A DNA stretch of 64,000 nucleotides from Octopus sinensis (Eukaryota). The stretch's first letter is position 1; each line of letters starts with the position of its first letter. Both the position numbers and the translations under genes were made by a program. Of the stretch, positions 26,136 to 39,307 are shown piece by piece. Under the pieces are notes generated by a model. It ran no database searches and had not been told where the DNA came from. It was given only the letters and a program-made list of their open reading frames with translations. The stretch covers positions 100,998,001 through 101,062,000 of the forward strand of contig NC_042997.1 in the NCBI RefSeq assembly GCF_006345805.1. The letters run 5' to 3'.

Positions 26136-27430
26136 TGTATGTATGTATGTATGTATGTATGTATGTATGTATGTATGTATGTATGTATGTATGTATGTAT
26201 GTGTGTATGTGTGTATGTATGTATGTATGTATGTATGTATGTCACTGTATCGAGTAGCTTTCGAGTGATGTCGCTTTACTAGCTAGGCAGGAAGGCCAAA
26301 ATTCATCTTGTACAGAACACTCCTTTGCAAGGTTCCCCACTTACAACTGGAGCAACGGGAAATGAAGTGTTTTGCTCAAGAACACCTTAAGGCCACACTT
26401 ATTTGAAGTTTTTGAATTGAATGAGGTGTGATGTCAACGTTGTTGATCATATTGCTCACGAGTCCATGTTTTATTGTTTTGTGACGTTTGTAAGTTTTCT
26501 GTTTTTCTATGTTTTATTTTCGTTGTTATTTTTCTATTTGTTTTGACGATAAGTTTTATTTTTGTTGTGTGTAGTGTTGCTGTATTTATTGTGCTTGAGG
26601 TTGTCTCTAGTTTCTTTGTATATACAGGGTCAGCCGTTTCTAATTGGGTTGTACTTGATGCTAGTGAGATAGGTAGTCTGTACGCAGCAATAGCTATTTA
26701 GTTGAATGTATGTATTGCAATGTCTCTCCGGGGAACGTGGTGAAGTTGGCTTCTGTAAAAGTTGCGAAACTGGTTCCACTGGGATAAAAAAAAAATTTGA
26801 ATAAATGCTTTTGCTTTGGATATTTATGTGTCAGTATATTGCGTTGATTATAGGTAAGTGTCATAGGGTAGTTTTGATATTGTTTGCCATATGTCCAGGT
26901 AGCTAGGTGTGCGAAACAGACAGGGGTTGTCTGGGAGTAGAATTTTTGCTGCTGTTCAGGCCCAGGCTACTTCTGATTAAGAAGACTTATGATCAAAGGC
27001 TTTGCAATTGTGACCACCTCATCATTTTAGAAATGCTTGAGAATACGTTATCAGACGTGGCCTTTCTTTTTTTAAGATATTAAAGATATTTGGCTGTTAG
27101 TTCTAGCAAATCAAACGACCACGCAAATACACCCTCATTAGTACGAATTATTGTACTTAGCTTGTCAAGATGTAGGCATTTTTGAGATGGTGTAGGCTAT
27201 TTCAGATGTAAAAGGAGGTTAGTGGTAATGTTATTGTGTCTTGTTTTATTCTACCTGTGGCATTGAGAAGGGAGATAACAGCGGTGCTTTATACTGTATG
27301 GCTTTTACTGCTATTTGTAATGGTAATGTTTCTGTAATGTCAAGTATTTGTGCGGAATTTTCATATTTGCAGTTGTTTGATTTTATTTTTGTTAGTATTT
27401 TAAAAAGTATTTTGTGCTTTTGATTAAATG
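25400..27430 (-). mobile_element. Fragmented I/Jockey-group LINE relic (EN to RT)
   Basis: KKQPYTHISNMDSSKAFDFIPLIPKISNT (RT DxSKAFD motif) near 25600-25700. EN-like remnants near 27200-27400. Interrupted by (TATG)n at 26107-26241 and by SINE pieces. Confidence 0.5.
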
Positions 27431-29240
27431 CTCTCAGAGGCCCTAACTGGAAAACAAGTTTCGGTATATCCGATCAAATGGTAGTCAAGTCGTTGGGATA
27501 ATTAACCAGTACATTCTCCCACTTTAAAAAATCGTTTGGATATAATTTGATGGAGGTTTGGTTACTAATTCTATTAAGTAGAATGACTATATAGGACGCT
27601 TCCCCAAATTGACCATTTCCACGAATGGAATACCATAAGGATGCTGAATAGATTGCTTCGCGGAGGAATAATTGGAATAGAACTGTCATAAATAACAAAG
27701 AACTCAATATAAGAAGGGACTGATCCGCCCAACAATACGGTTTATATGTATTTAATAGTCACGTGGGTAGATTTAGTAGACGGAAACTGTAAGAAGCCTG
27801 ACCGATAGAATAAGTACTAGGCTTAAGATATAAGTCATCGGGTCGACTTGTTCTACTTAAAGCCTTTCAAGATGGTGCTCCAGCATGGCATCAAATGACC
27901 TAAACAAGTAAAAGAATGCCGGAAATTAATATTTATGGTTTTAACATCTTGTAGCCCACTCTGGTGTTATCGATTGTTTTACTTTCATTTCCTAGAAACG
28001 GTTATCAATATAGTTTGTTAATCTTAGGAATCCTATGTACGATAGTCTATATCAAAATAAATATAACAACCATATAAAAAATCCATATAGAAAAACTTAA
28101 TGGTAACTAATGGGAACCTGTCTTCTTATCTAAGACTGGAAGCATCTTTGATTTTCATGATTCACGATAGATCTGAGAAGATTATTATTACCTTGAATTA
28201 CCATATTTTAACTTAACACTTGTTAGTTTGGGAAACCAGTTCGTGTATGTGAATGTGTGTGCGCGCGTGTGTATGAGTGTGTGTGTGTGCGTACGTGCGT
28301 ATTTCACCTGCCTTGTTCTGATTTTAAACACGTCTTGTTTAGATATGTAAAACGATACGTAAGCATATCCACAAGCACGAGCGGGTATATGTGTAAGGGC
28401 AATTTGAACGTGACCCTGTAACTAGTTGCATCATTGCAGCTAATTGGTTAAATATATATGCAACCAGTTGGCTACTACAATATTAGCCACGTTCCCTCTG
28501 AAAACATGGCTTTATGAAAGCGGTAGCAGTTTAACATACCAAGCAGAATCAAAATATATTTCTAAATGGAACATAGCTGAAAGGCGTTGTTTTGATGAAA
28601 AAATATGGCCTTAATAACAATTAAGCACACTCGATTACGTAAGTTGTAATGTGGGACAAACATTATGACTATTATTAAATTTTTTACTGAGTCATTTTCG
28701 GTATTTCAGTTAATATACGAAGGGAAAACAATTGAACATACAGACGTATTCAAAGTTAATGTTGTTATATTTAGAATCACTATGAAGAAAAAGAAGAGAA
28801 GATAAGTGAGTTGTACATGTAAATTCGCCGCCGCATAGTTTATAATTTCTTTTAGGTCATCTCAGTACTATTTAATGGAAGGTTTATCAAATCGATGTAT
28901 CCTTTACTCCATTCAATAAACAGTCGACCAGTCACAGCTGAATATTATTTTATGGCTTATCATCTACCGCCACCTTCTGTTGTTCATAAAAACAATATTC
29001 CGAGCAACGAAATGCTATCATGTATGTGTATTAGATGTAATTACATCTGTAATGATCTATGCAGCATTTTGTAGAGAAGGTATGCAGCTCTTGAGCTGGA
29101 AGTCATCAAAACTGTAACGATTTATATGTAGCAAATAAGTGAGAAAAAGAAAAAATATTATTAGTTGAAATGGCGCTGCATTTTCAACGTAACAACATAA
29201 AATACAAATTCGAGTTGTTGCTGTACACAGATTCTTTTCA

Positions 29241-29664
29241 GGGATCTTTTCGGTTTGAACGGCAGTTTTTTCTAGCGGTGTCATATGAAATTGTCACCCA
29301 TAATTATGACCCTAGAATCGATCTATTGCATTTCAATCTCTTTTAGGGTTAGGATTAGGGTTAGGGGTGGGGGAGGGGTATCTTTTTTTCTTTACAAATG
29401 TAAATAAACCCAATCTGCTTCTTAAACGAGGAACATATTCATACGGCACAGAATGCTTTTTAACTCAATAGACGTCACTGATTGGTTGAAATTGCAGAAA
29501 TTGAAGAAAAACAACAACAAATATCTTACAAACAATAGAATTTTCTCAATAAAGCCAAGAGAAAAAGATCTTTTATAAACACATTCTACCTGTATACGAA
29601 GTTTAAAATTTTTTAGTTACCTAGAAATTATGTTAAAAACTGCCGTTCAAACCGAAAAGATCCC
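29241..29664. mobile_element. MITE with ~29-bp TIRs and 6-bp flanking direct repeat
   Basis: GGGATCTTTTCGGTTTGAACGGCAGTTTT / AAAACTGCCGTTCAAACCGAAAAGATCCC, with TTTTCA on both flanks and internal TTAGGG-like units. Confidence 0.88.
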
Positions 29665-32600
29665 TTTTCAGTTCTATAGTCCATCTTGTAGGTAGTTAAA
29701 TTCATCTTTTGTTGACTGCTAGGAGGATGGATGGAAGAATTCAGAGAGAAAGAGTAAAAAAATTAACTTCTCTGTGTTGACCAGTTGAGAGGGTGAAAGT
29801 TGTGTAGACGCGCGGCGACAAGCCATACGCAACGTGAGAAACAAACAGATGTGCTCTTCCGACGAGGGGCCAAGTGAAAAAGATAGAACCGATTTTGGGT
29901 TCCATATTTATATTTTTCCTAACTAAATTAGGTCAGGCTAAACAAAGGATTTTCCATCTCTTATCTGTCTGAACCCTATTTAACCTAAGACTGTTAACTT
30001 AAACCATAGAACTGAAATAAGTGTGGTAGTTGACTCTCATTAATTTCTAGGTGCAAAAGCCGAGAACAAGAGAAATGAAATAGGTTTTGAATTTTGGGCA
30101 AGAATCCAGGAAGCTATTTGTTACACATACATAATCCACTTATCACAGAGACCCCTCCTTTTTACAGTATAATTATAAAATCGTATAAAAAATAATAATA
30201 GTAACAAAGTAAAATTATTTTAATTCTGAACTTGCCAAGCTTTTTCAAAGCATAAACATTTCTTATACATGTGCATATTAACAGAGAAAAGAGTACTCTA
30301 TTGCAACATTCTAAGACAATCCTAGACACGCCAACTTTTCAGGTTTCGTCTTGAAGCGCAGTTAATTACATATCCAAGTGACCAATACGAATGTATGTAT
30401 GTATGTATGTATGTATGTATGTATGTATGTATGTATGTATGTATGTATGTATGTATGTATGTATATATGTATATATGTATGTATGTATGTATGTATGTAG
30501 TTTTCACCGATACACCCACACACACCTGCAAATGATGTAAACATATAGAGAAACCTGAAAACACTTTGCCTTGTTAACGGAGTCCTCAGTTGATATTTAT
30601 TCTGCAATAACTAACGTCGACGCTTCCTTGCCACTTCCTTAATGCCATCAGCGTCGTAAATACTCTGATCTGTTAAATATCTGCAATCAACGATGCTAAA
30701 ATTTACCAAATACAATATAAAAAAATACATAAAAAAATACATAAACCGCTAGATTATATTATTAATAATATTACCAAATGTAATTATGTTTCTATTCACA
30801 AACCCTGTTATATTTAAATTAAATAACTGTCTTCGTCCTCCCTAAATTCAATTATCCCGATTCTGTCACATCTATTTTAGAATCATAAGGATCTCCAAGG
30901 GCAGTATGCTCCTCCGGTTCGTGTTAAGCATTTGAGAGACAATTATCCAACTGAAAAAAATTTATTCATATGTGTTAAGCCAAAGAACAATTTGTCAAAT
31001 TTATTGGTCTGCTTCCGTTCACAGAGACGAATTATACCTTTCAAGTTGCCTGTCTTGACTACTAGCACAGTGTAGCACCTGATCTTTCAGCTGATTGTCC
31101 AGTGTTCTAATGATTCAATATTAAGGTTCTTATTCCTCTATCTAGGAAGATCAAAGGGGTGTGGACAGTTCCTTTTCTTCCCACTAGAACATCTAAATTA
31201 AGTAGATGTTAAATATTCAGTCAAAAATAATCCCCAATCCTTATACATCATCTAATTGTCCATTGTCATTCAAGACTTCCCTTCATCAAGTTGATAAAAA
31301 GGACAAAAAATATTAATAACAATTTAAACAATACGTAATCAGTTTCTCGGATGCGAAACGAAGTATTTTCATTCGTTAGTAGTTATATGAAGTTTATGTT
31401 GTGGAATCAGTGGCTAGATTGATCCCAGCTTGGTTTAAACTAGATTACAGTAAATAACCCATTTAATGTTCTTCATAGCCCAGCGTTAAAAGCCATCCAA
31501 TAATAAATGGAAGCATAAAAATAACTATTAAAATGATAATGTGTTTTTATATAAAATTAATTGTGACTGACGAACTTTAGAATGAATGGGTAAATTGAAC
31601 AGAAAAAAGTTTTCAAACATAGTACGTCAGGCTGCTAAATCCTTGAATACACCGAGATCACTAGAAATATTTATGGCTGACATAATTTCCTTGGTGTCTG
31701 GAATTCTGCACAAAAATAGAATACAAGCAGATTAAAAATATATGACTGAATAGTCCTTAACAATGTAAACCAGGGATATCAAGATTACTTGGTCATAAAC
31801 ATTGGAGTTAGGTATACTTAACTATTGTATAGTTGTAATAATATCCAGTCTTTATACTATTTTCACTGATAAAACTATCTGAATTGAGATAGAAGTGTTT
31901 CAGCTGACAAGAAATCAGCGACCAGTTTGTGGAATTTATAACGAAAACCCCTTGTTATATCTGTGGTAAATTTGTGTCTCGAAAGTAGATCCACAAATTG
32001 TCATCTTGCTTTTTGTCAACAACAGTTTAACTTCAGACAAACTGGTGTCAACAGACGTGTCGACATCATACGTATTTGGATCAGTATACTTAAGCGACAG
32101 TAGTTCATTCTTCTTCACGCTTCTGTTCATCAGTATTCACACTTGTAATCAATCAATAACACAAACCGATGCTATATTAACGAGGTATTATAGAAGAGCT
32201 TATTAACTGGAATTATTGGTAGTGATCGTTGAGCATGCACCCAAGACAAGTGGTAAGGAGAGTAGACACAGCCCAAGTTACAGTATGCCTGACTGTCGTA
32301 GTTGCTCTGGTCACGGCGATGAACAACATACCAACTGTGAAATTATCAGTTTATATATAGCTTTTAGCAAAATCTATAAAGAAACTTGACTAGCTCAACA
32401 ATAAGACCTCCAGCCAACATAGCTCGACTGAGCCAACACAAGAATTAACGTGAACTCAGCAGACAGCCTTTACCAACAACTCAAATGTCCGGTGTGTATA
32501 TAACCAGCAGATTTTACTAAAAGTGTATATGTGCGTATGTGTAGATATACATACATACATACATACATACATACATACATACATACATACATACATACAT

Positions 32601-32779
32601 ACATACATACATAAATGTATGTTGAACTTTTCTATCAGAATACGTTCTCTATCGCACAAGAGGTACATGCACAAAAACGAGTTGGCTAGTGTATGTACCG
32701 TCTTAATTTTGTTTTCTCTACCACTATTGGAAATATTGGTCTAACAAGAGTGCCGATGATAGGATAAAATACTGGAGTA

Positions 32780-34060
32780 GAGACGACAAAATGTAGTACC
32801 GAGTCCAGTGACAAAACACTCTACAAGTTTGTTCCTGAATCGTTGCAAGACTCAAACATTTATTGAGTATATTGATGACAAAATACTTGGATGTCTCACG
32901 CAGTACTTTGAAAAATCTTGTGTAGAGTGCCTGAAGCAGCTTAAAAACAACAACGACATCACAATGAATGAAAACATGTGACCAACTGGGGAAATCCCGT
33001 AATCGTGTATTGTAGTTAGTTGCGGTGGTGGTGTGTTGGACATTTGTTTATGTTATCATTGAACATAATTGGATTAATCTGATTCTGAAACAAGACAGGT
33101 AGGTGCAGCCATTTGACCTAAAAACTTAATAATGGTAGTACAACAGAGAAGTTTGTATCTTCAATATCTGTGTATCTCCAATTCGATCCCTCACTCTGGA
33201 GCATAGATTAAGTAGCACTAGAAGTTACTTGTACAACCTGCTCATGGCTGCCTGATATTGCAGCGCCGGAAATATTCTACCAGGCCGTTAGATGCCCGAT
33301 GGTAAACAATAGTTTGGGTATTATTACAGCCTAACACTGATGTAAGTACAGCTTACAAGTTGGTCTTGAACTGCTGTCCCTTATTATAATAGTTGATGGT
33401 GTGTTGTATCTAGAAATCCAGTGCTGCATAAAGCTTTAGAACTGTCTCAGCTCTGACAATGTCTAAAATAATAGCATCGGATCATCGATCATCATCATCA
33501 TCATTGTTCGACCGTGGTCGAGACAATGGAATTTACCATGCTACGTCAGACTTCACAATCCATCATAGCATTACGGAGGTGCTGTTGCTGGATGCCTGTA
33601 TCCCTGGAGATTACATCAGGGTAGGAGAGTGTGCGCCCTCTGGTATCGCGAGTAGATGACTTCCAGAGGAGAAGAGTAGAAATTGCCTCGTTTTCAGCTC
33701 TACAACAATGTCCAGCAAACTGGACTCTCCTACCTTTCACAAGAGATGACACAGGTGGTAGTTTCCCATATATTTGCATTTTGGTTGAATGACGCTTCCA
33801 CGAGAGATTTTGAGCTCTCATAAGGAGGTGAGTATAGGTTCCATCCAACCGCCTCTCAAGCTTCTTTGATAACGTCCAGGTTTCTAAGCCATGTAGTAGA
33901 ATTGGTTCGACTGTGGCTTTGAAGATTTCAAGTTTGAAGTCTCTACTTAGATTTGATGACCAGATCTTATACATATCATTACAGGATCATCGATACAAGT
34001 AAAGCAAACATGAAAGCCACGCGAAAACCTTGCGACAGTGACTTTCAGATACTAAGGGGG
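32780..34060 (-). mobile_element. Gypsy-like LTR retrotransposon integrase relic, split by an RTE-X insertion
   Basis: FTCID..|DAIILDIVRAETV, KGQQFKTNL, IVYHRASNGLVEYF, and a C-terminal SHVFIHCD..LQALYTRFFKVL (GPY/F-like). Confidence 0.7.
33490..33983 (-). mobile_element. 5'-truncated RTE-X/RTE-like LINE 3' end
   Basis: KIWSSNLSRDFKLEIFKATVEPILLHGLETWTL...RRVQFAGHC, a (TGA)n tail, and an 11-bp TSD GGATCATCGAT (33479-33489 / 33984-33994). Confidence 0.88.
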
Positions 34061-34248
34061 GTTCGTGACAGATTGAGATATCACATCAAATATATCTTGT
34101 TGGGAAATTAATTTTATTTTTTATCATTGCTTTATTATTACTTTTTCTATTTCTTATATTAAAAAAATCTTTTGAATTTAACGTATGATAGCGTCTCATA
34201 AAGAGAGATTTCTATATATCTTAAATTTGTGGATGGATTTGCGGTGTG

Positions 34249-34328
34249 GGCGGTTTAGTTTAATTGGTTCAGAGCACCGCGACACGTAATCACTGAGGTG
34301 TGAGTTCGAGTCTCATAGTCGGCCGCCA
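34249..34328 (+). pseudogene. Degenerate tRNA-like sequence (possibly Thr-CGT derived)
   Basis: Acceptor GGCGGTT/GGCCGCC+A, D-arm-like segment, T-arm GTGAG-TTCGAGT-CTCAT. The anticodon arm is mispaired and there are 4 extra nt after the T-arm. Confidence 0.5.
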
Positions 34329-35621
34329 ACAATTTTTTCTGCAAAATAGTGGTAGCTTATCCTGTTCAGGCTATATTATTAACATTATCCTGCGTTTGAG
34401 AATTTAAAATCATTTCTTTAACTTTCTAAGACATCTCAATGCTTCTAAAGCAAACTTCGTTTATTTGTTTACGTTCGTCTTAATTTTAATTACTAATACT
34501 TAATTTTTTTACTGTTTTAATTTTTTAAAATTATTTTAATCTAATTTAATTTAAAATTATATTCGGCCTTCAGTTTTATTTAGTTTTTAAATAACTGTAT
34601 ATGATTTGATTTTAACCTCACATTTCTCCCTCTAGTTCTATTTAATATCTAAGCTCACGAGAGCTTTCTCAGCCTTCCCTTCATAATATAGTTACTGCTG
34701 ATTTTTCATTCATTTTCTAATAGGATTCCCTCAATATGCGCGATAATACAAATGACCAAATATTAAGGATTTAAGTTGATCATGACAAGGGACTTATACC
34801 AAATTCCAATACAATATCTGGACGATATTTGACCTGAAAATAATTGAAATGTTTTCCCGTGTGATGACTCAATTACAAATACCAATGATTTTAGGACTGT
34901 CCTTGCCTTAATTTCGACTATCTTCTGTCTCCTTTTCTATCAAATACCTCCCCTCCTCTATTCTTTTTATTCCTTCCTCTCTTCCTTTCTTTCCTTTACT
35001 TTTCTTTAGTCCTTCTCTTCCAAACCATTACTTCGCTTCCCTTACCTCTTTATCTCTCTTCCATTTACCTTATACTAATTCTTATTGCCTCTCTCCATTC
35101 CCCTCCGCATGCCTGTACCATTCCTTCAGTGTTTTGCTTGGTTATAGCCAGAAATAATTCCGAAGAAAGCAGCATTCGTTTCTTAGGTCGTTCAATTTTT
35201 CTCAACCGACCAATGAGCCGATTGAGTAAACCTATAAATAACTAGCCTATAATAACTATTTGAAACAGCTGTTAGTGGAATTTACTACAATAAAATTACT
35301 CACACACACATATTTAATGACCATTATTTATGTCTTGCTTATGCCTTGCTTATGTATGTATGTATGTATGTATGTATGTATGTATGTATGTATGTATGTA
35401 TGTATCTATCTATCTATCTTATCAACTGACGTGATGTTGCATTGGCTCCGCAGGTAACCCCTTTTTTCAACCTTTTATTGCACACATTTTGTTTTAATTT
35501 TTGTACACAAGGTGTGTAAAGCACCCAGCTTTCGTTTGAGTGTGTTTTCAAGGAGGAATTAGCCCCTAGGGGCAGTTTTAAACCTATTTCTTCGATTTCC
35601 TTACCATATTTCTAGACAAAT

Positions 35622-36930
35622 ATGGCTAAGCGAAACCATGAGGCCGACTTCTCGCCTCCACCAATGCTAAAGGCGAAGGAAGCTGAAAGCAAAGCCGTTC
35701 CGCATGAACGCACACAGGCCTTAGAAAGCACGAATGCTTCTGCTACTATAACCACTGGCTCCAACACTACCGCCATCACCACTACAACCAATACGAATAC
35801 TGAAAAAAATTTGCCGCAGTTTTAAAGTTAAAGAAAACAGTCATGTGCTTTTCCAAAGAAGAACTGCTCGCCTGTAAAGCAATGTTTAAAAAAGACGAAC
35901 TCAGCGTACAACTACAGACACCACAAAACATCACGGAAAAAATCGAAAAAAACACCCCAATTATTTACAGGATACTCAACCTAAAAAGAAAGCTATACGA
36001 AAAGGCCACTCAAGAAAATGTTGAAAAATGTTTAAGACCTATATGGGCCTTTAAAGACTACATCAGAAGGGGGAACATATTTGCTACGATCGAAGTTCGA
36101 TTCGACAGTGAAGAAAGAGCCAAGGACCTCTCCACAAAGTCCTTCCAATTTGAAAATTTACTGATGATCCCTACATACCTTATTGTAGGGTCACAAAAAT
36201 TAAAATAAAGAACGTGCCTCCTGAAATAGAAATATAATGGCTCGTGTCTGTCATTAGCTATGACATCGAGGACGAAATCCATATCTTGGAAATCGCTGTT
36301 GTGGACCAGCAAAACTGGATTGGCCAAGAAATCGAAATTCTTGCTCAAATTAATCCGAAAAAATTCAACATCGAGTCCAATTGAGAAAGAATTCGAGTTT
36401 ACATGTGGCCGTTGAAGGCAAATAGCCACGTTACTACGTTTGTGGTAGCAAAGTACACTTATAAACTACTTGGCCACTAGCACAGAAACAACAACAGCAA
36501 CAACAACGACAACAAGATCACGAAAAACAACAACAACCACAAGCAAACCAAAAACAGCAAAAACCCAGCACTGCTACCCACACCGCCATATGCACAATTA
36601 ATTAAACAGCTCTACAAACAAGTGAAAGAACATCAGCAACCAACAAGTCAGGCCAACCAAACAACACCACCACCACCAGCGCTACCAAGAACAGAAACAC
36701 CACCACCACCACAGCCCAACTGTCACCAACCAGCACCAACACCAACAACAAAAATAAAACTCACTCAGAATACAGACCCCGATACACTTTCCCAACCACC
36801 TTCTGATTCCTCCGACATGTCGTCAGATGAAGACGACACAGACGATTGGCAAGTGGCCACAGGGGGAAGGAGAAAAAGGGGGAAAAAGAATAGAGATGCA
36901 GGCAAACAAAGCAGGGAGTTTTACCATTCC
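35622..36930 (+). mobile_element. LINE ORF1/gag-like pseudogene (L1/Tx1-like), no ORF2
   Basis: Frameshifted ORF with RRM-like RRGNIFATIEVRF, KIKIKNVPPEI, eroded CX2CX4HX4C knuckle (PRYYVCGSKVHL*TTWP, 36426-36476) and a Pro/Thr-rich acidic-basic tail. Ends in (TA)n. Confidence 0.65.
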
Positions 36931-38229
36931 CAAAATGTGTGTGCGTGTATATATATATATATATATATATAACACATACATACATATATATATATATATA
37001 TGTATGATTTATGTATGTGTATATGTATGCGCAAGAACTTAGAAATATGAGAAACCACTCATCAACAAACTTGTAGAATATTTTGTTCGTCTTCACCTCG
37101 GTTACATTCTCTTCTTTGTGTTTATTTGTAACATTCCGATTTTCTCTGCATAGTGTGTAGTAATTTTCGTTTATTATCGCCTTCGTGTCGAAATCGAAGC
37201 CTCATCTCGTTTGTACTAGTTATAATGATCGGATGGATTTGTCTCACCTCCTTTGATATCATAGACTCTGGGGGAGCTGCAAAAAAAAAAAAAACCCAAA
37301 AAAGCATTGCTTAACGTTTTCTTGCAGTTTTGATACCATTCCCTATTTACAATACTCTATAAAAAATTTCATTCGGAATGGGACTTTAAATTTCGCCTCT
37401 TATCTTATTCAACCAGTCTGGTCGAATAAGCCGTCAGGTGAAAGTGAATAATAAATTTAACTTTACTTTTAGAATTGAGTCTCCTCGATAAATGTTCAGC
37501 TGCTTAAGAATAAAAGCCCTAAGCATTTATAATTCTCTGTAATATTCAGTTTTCTATACTTTGTCCGAACGATTATATTTTTCTGTAAATGGATAATACT
37601 ATAAAAAATATTGCAAATATTTTTGTTTATATTTTTCTGCTATCAATAATTGAATTTAGAGCGTTGACGCCGTAACTGTTATTAGTCTCTCTCTATCATC
37701 CATCGTCATTCAGTCACATAATTCCCAATTTTATTTTTATGGAGAGCCACCACAACTGTAGTAACTAAACCTTTGACCTTCATATCTAAAATTAGATTTT
37801 CTAATATAAAGAAGCGTATTTTTCATTTCAGATTTGCTATCTATAATTCTGAATCTTATCATTTTGGAATATGGCGGATAAAGAATGTAAAAATACACCA
37901 TATATGATTTGTTATACAATCCAGAATTTGAAACCAATAAGATATCACATGATTGTGAAAGAAGCAAAATTTTGGATAATACTTCGGAATGTCTATCGGT
38001 AATCAGGACATGCATTAGGTTCCCAAATATAATATGTAAAAGTTGCTGATTTACTCTAGACGAATAGTTAAAAGGTGTGAGAAAGAGAGTCGAAGAATTA
38101 CCATGGTTACTGCTATTTCTACATCCATGATATTCCAAATTGTAGGAAGGTTAAAAAAAGCCAAGCAGTTCAGTACCCAGACGTACTGTCTTCTATAGTA
38201 CCTGCTCTTCATAGCGAAAGTTTGCCAAT

Positions 38230-39200
38230 ACTACAATCACAAGCACATGTAATTAATATTACGATGCAACTTGTACTTTGAGTTACTTAGAACCTGTAAG
38301 GCGAGCTTTGACGCTCTCAGTAACTAAAAGTACTATTAACTTTACAATGGAAACCAATATCCATTACTACATATTACACACTCGGTACAAATGAAAGATT
38401 ATGAAAATGTTAAGCAGCTACTTACCAAAATCAACTACGCAGTATAAAGTGTATGTGTGTGGGGTGATTTCAAGATGCTTGTCTTTATGCTTGGTATGCA
38501 GGGCGGTTATACAAAATATTTATGTTTCCTTTGCTTATACGAAAGCAAGGCTGTTGGTGATTATTACTGGAAAGTTCAGTTGCCCTCCTGCTACAATAAA
38601 CATAGCCAGAAGGGTTAAATCATGTCAGACAACCTCTTGTAGAGTCTGATAATGTTTTGTCACCTTCCTTTGTATAAAATTTAGATTAACTAAAGAGTTT
38701 GTAAAGTATTAGATTTTGGAAGAAAAGCTTTTCGAAAAATTGCCTTGTGTTTCTAAAGTTTACTGATGCTAAAAATCAAGGGTTGCATATTAGTTGTGCC
38801 TCAAGTAAATGTTGAAGTCTGAAAAACTTGAGAGGAAAATTATCAGAGTCAAAAGGAAGTATAGTATTCATTTTGCAATAAAGACTGTGGATATTTACGG
38901 ATGTTAACCACAGGAAGCTGGTAACAAGGTTTTTGGAAAGAAACAATCATGGGCTGTCACGCATTTTTATCAGTGTATTTCTTGCATACACATTCTTATT
39001 TTTTCACTTGGAAACTAAGCTGACGTCTGTGAGGGGCACAATGAGGAACACGGTTTCACCAAGATTTTGCAACAATGGAGAGAAGACACCAAGGTCGCTG
39101 GAATATTACAATGATGGGAATCTATATAGCTGGTCTCTAGTTAGAAAAGGTAAAAGTGTTCAGAAAAGGAAAGTGTGATCTGCAAAATATTTTAAATTTT
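38230..39200 (+). mobile_element. Chapaev3-like transposase relic (second, more diverged copy)
   Basis: YENVKQLLTKINY...GDFKML.FMLGMQGGYTKY.CFLCL and EEHG..FHQDFATMERRHQGRWNITMM. Confidence 0.65.
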
Positions 39201-39307
39201 TAGACTATTTTTTTTAGTTTCTGAGTTTTTCTATTATTTTACTTGTTCAATATATTATTTGAAAAAGTTTCAGGCAAATTAAGCATATTTTTCTCTCAGT
39301 AGAAGTA

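Noticed and set aside
27474-27707. Minus-strand ORF/exon with a good acceptor
   Set aside because: All three frames are open over the putative exon, the donor is weak, and no homology is recognised.
28420-28470. pre-miRNA-like hairpin
   Set aside because: Stem is only ~12 bp with a 26-nt loop, too short for a Drosha/Dicer substrate.
29345-29375. Interstitial telomere / chromosome fusion scar
   Set aside because: Only 3-4 degenerate TTAGGG units, and they lie inside a MITE that recurs at 63.8 kb.
37737-38138. 133-aa minus-strand ORF as a host CDS
   Set aside because: No recognisable domain; competing exon-like readings exist on the plus strand (e.g. EFETNKISHDCERSK); cannot be supported without expression data.
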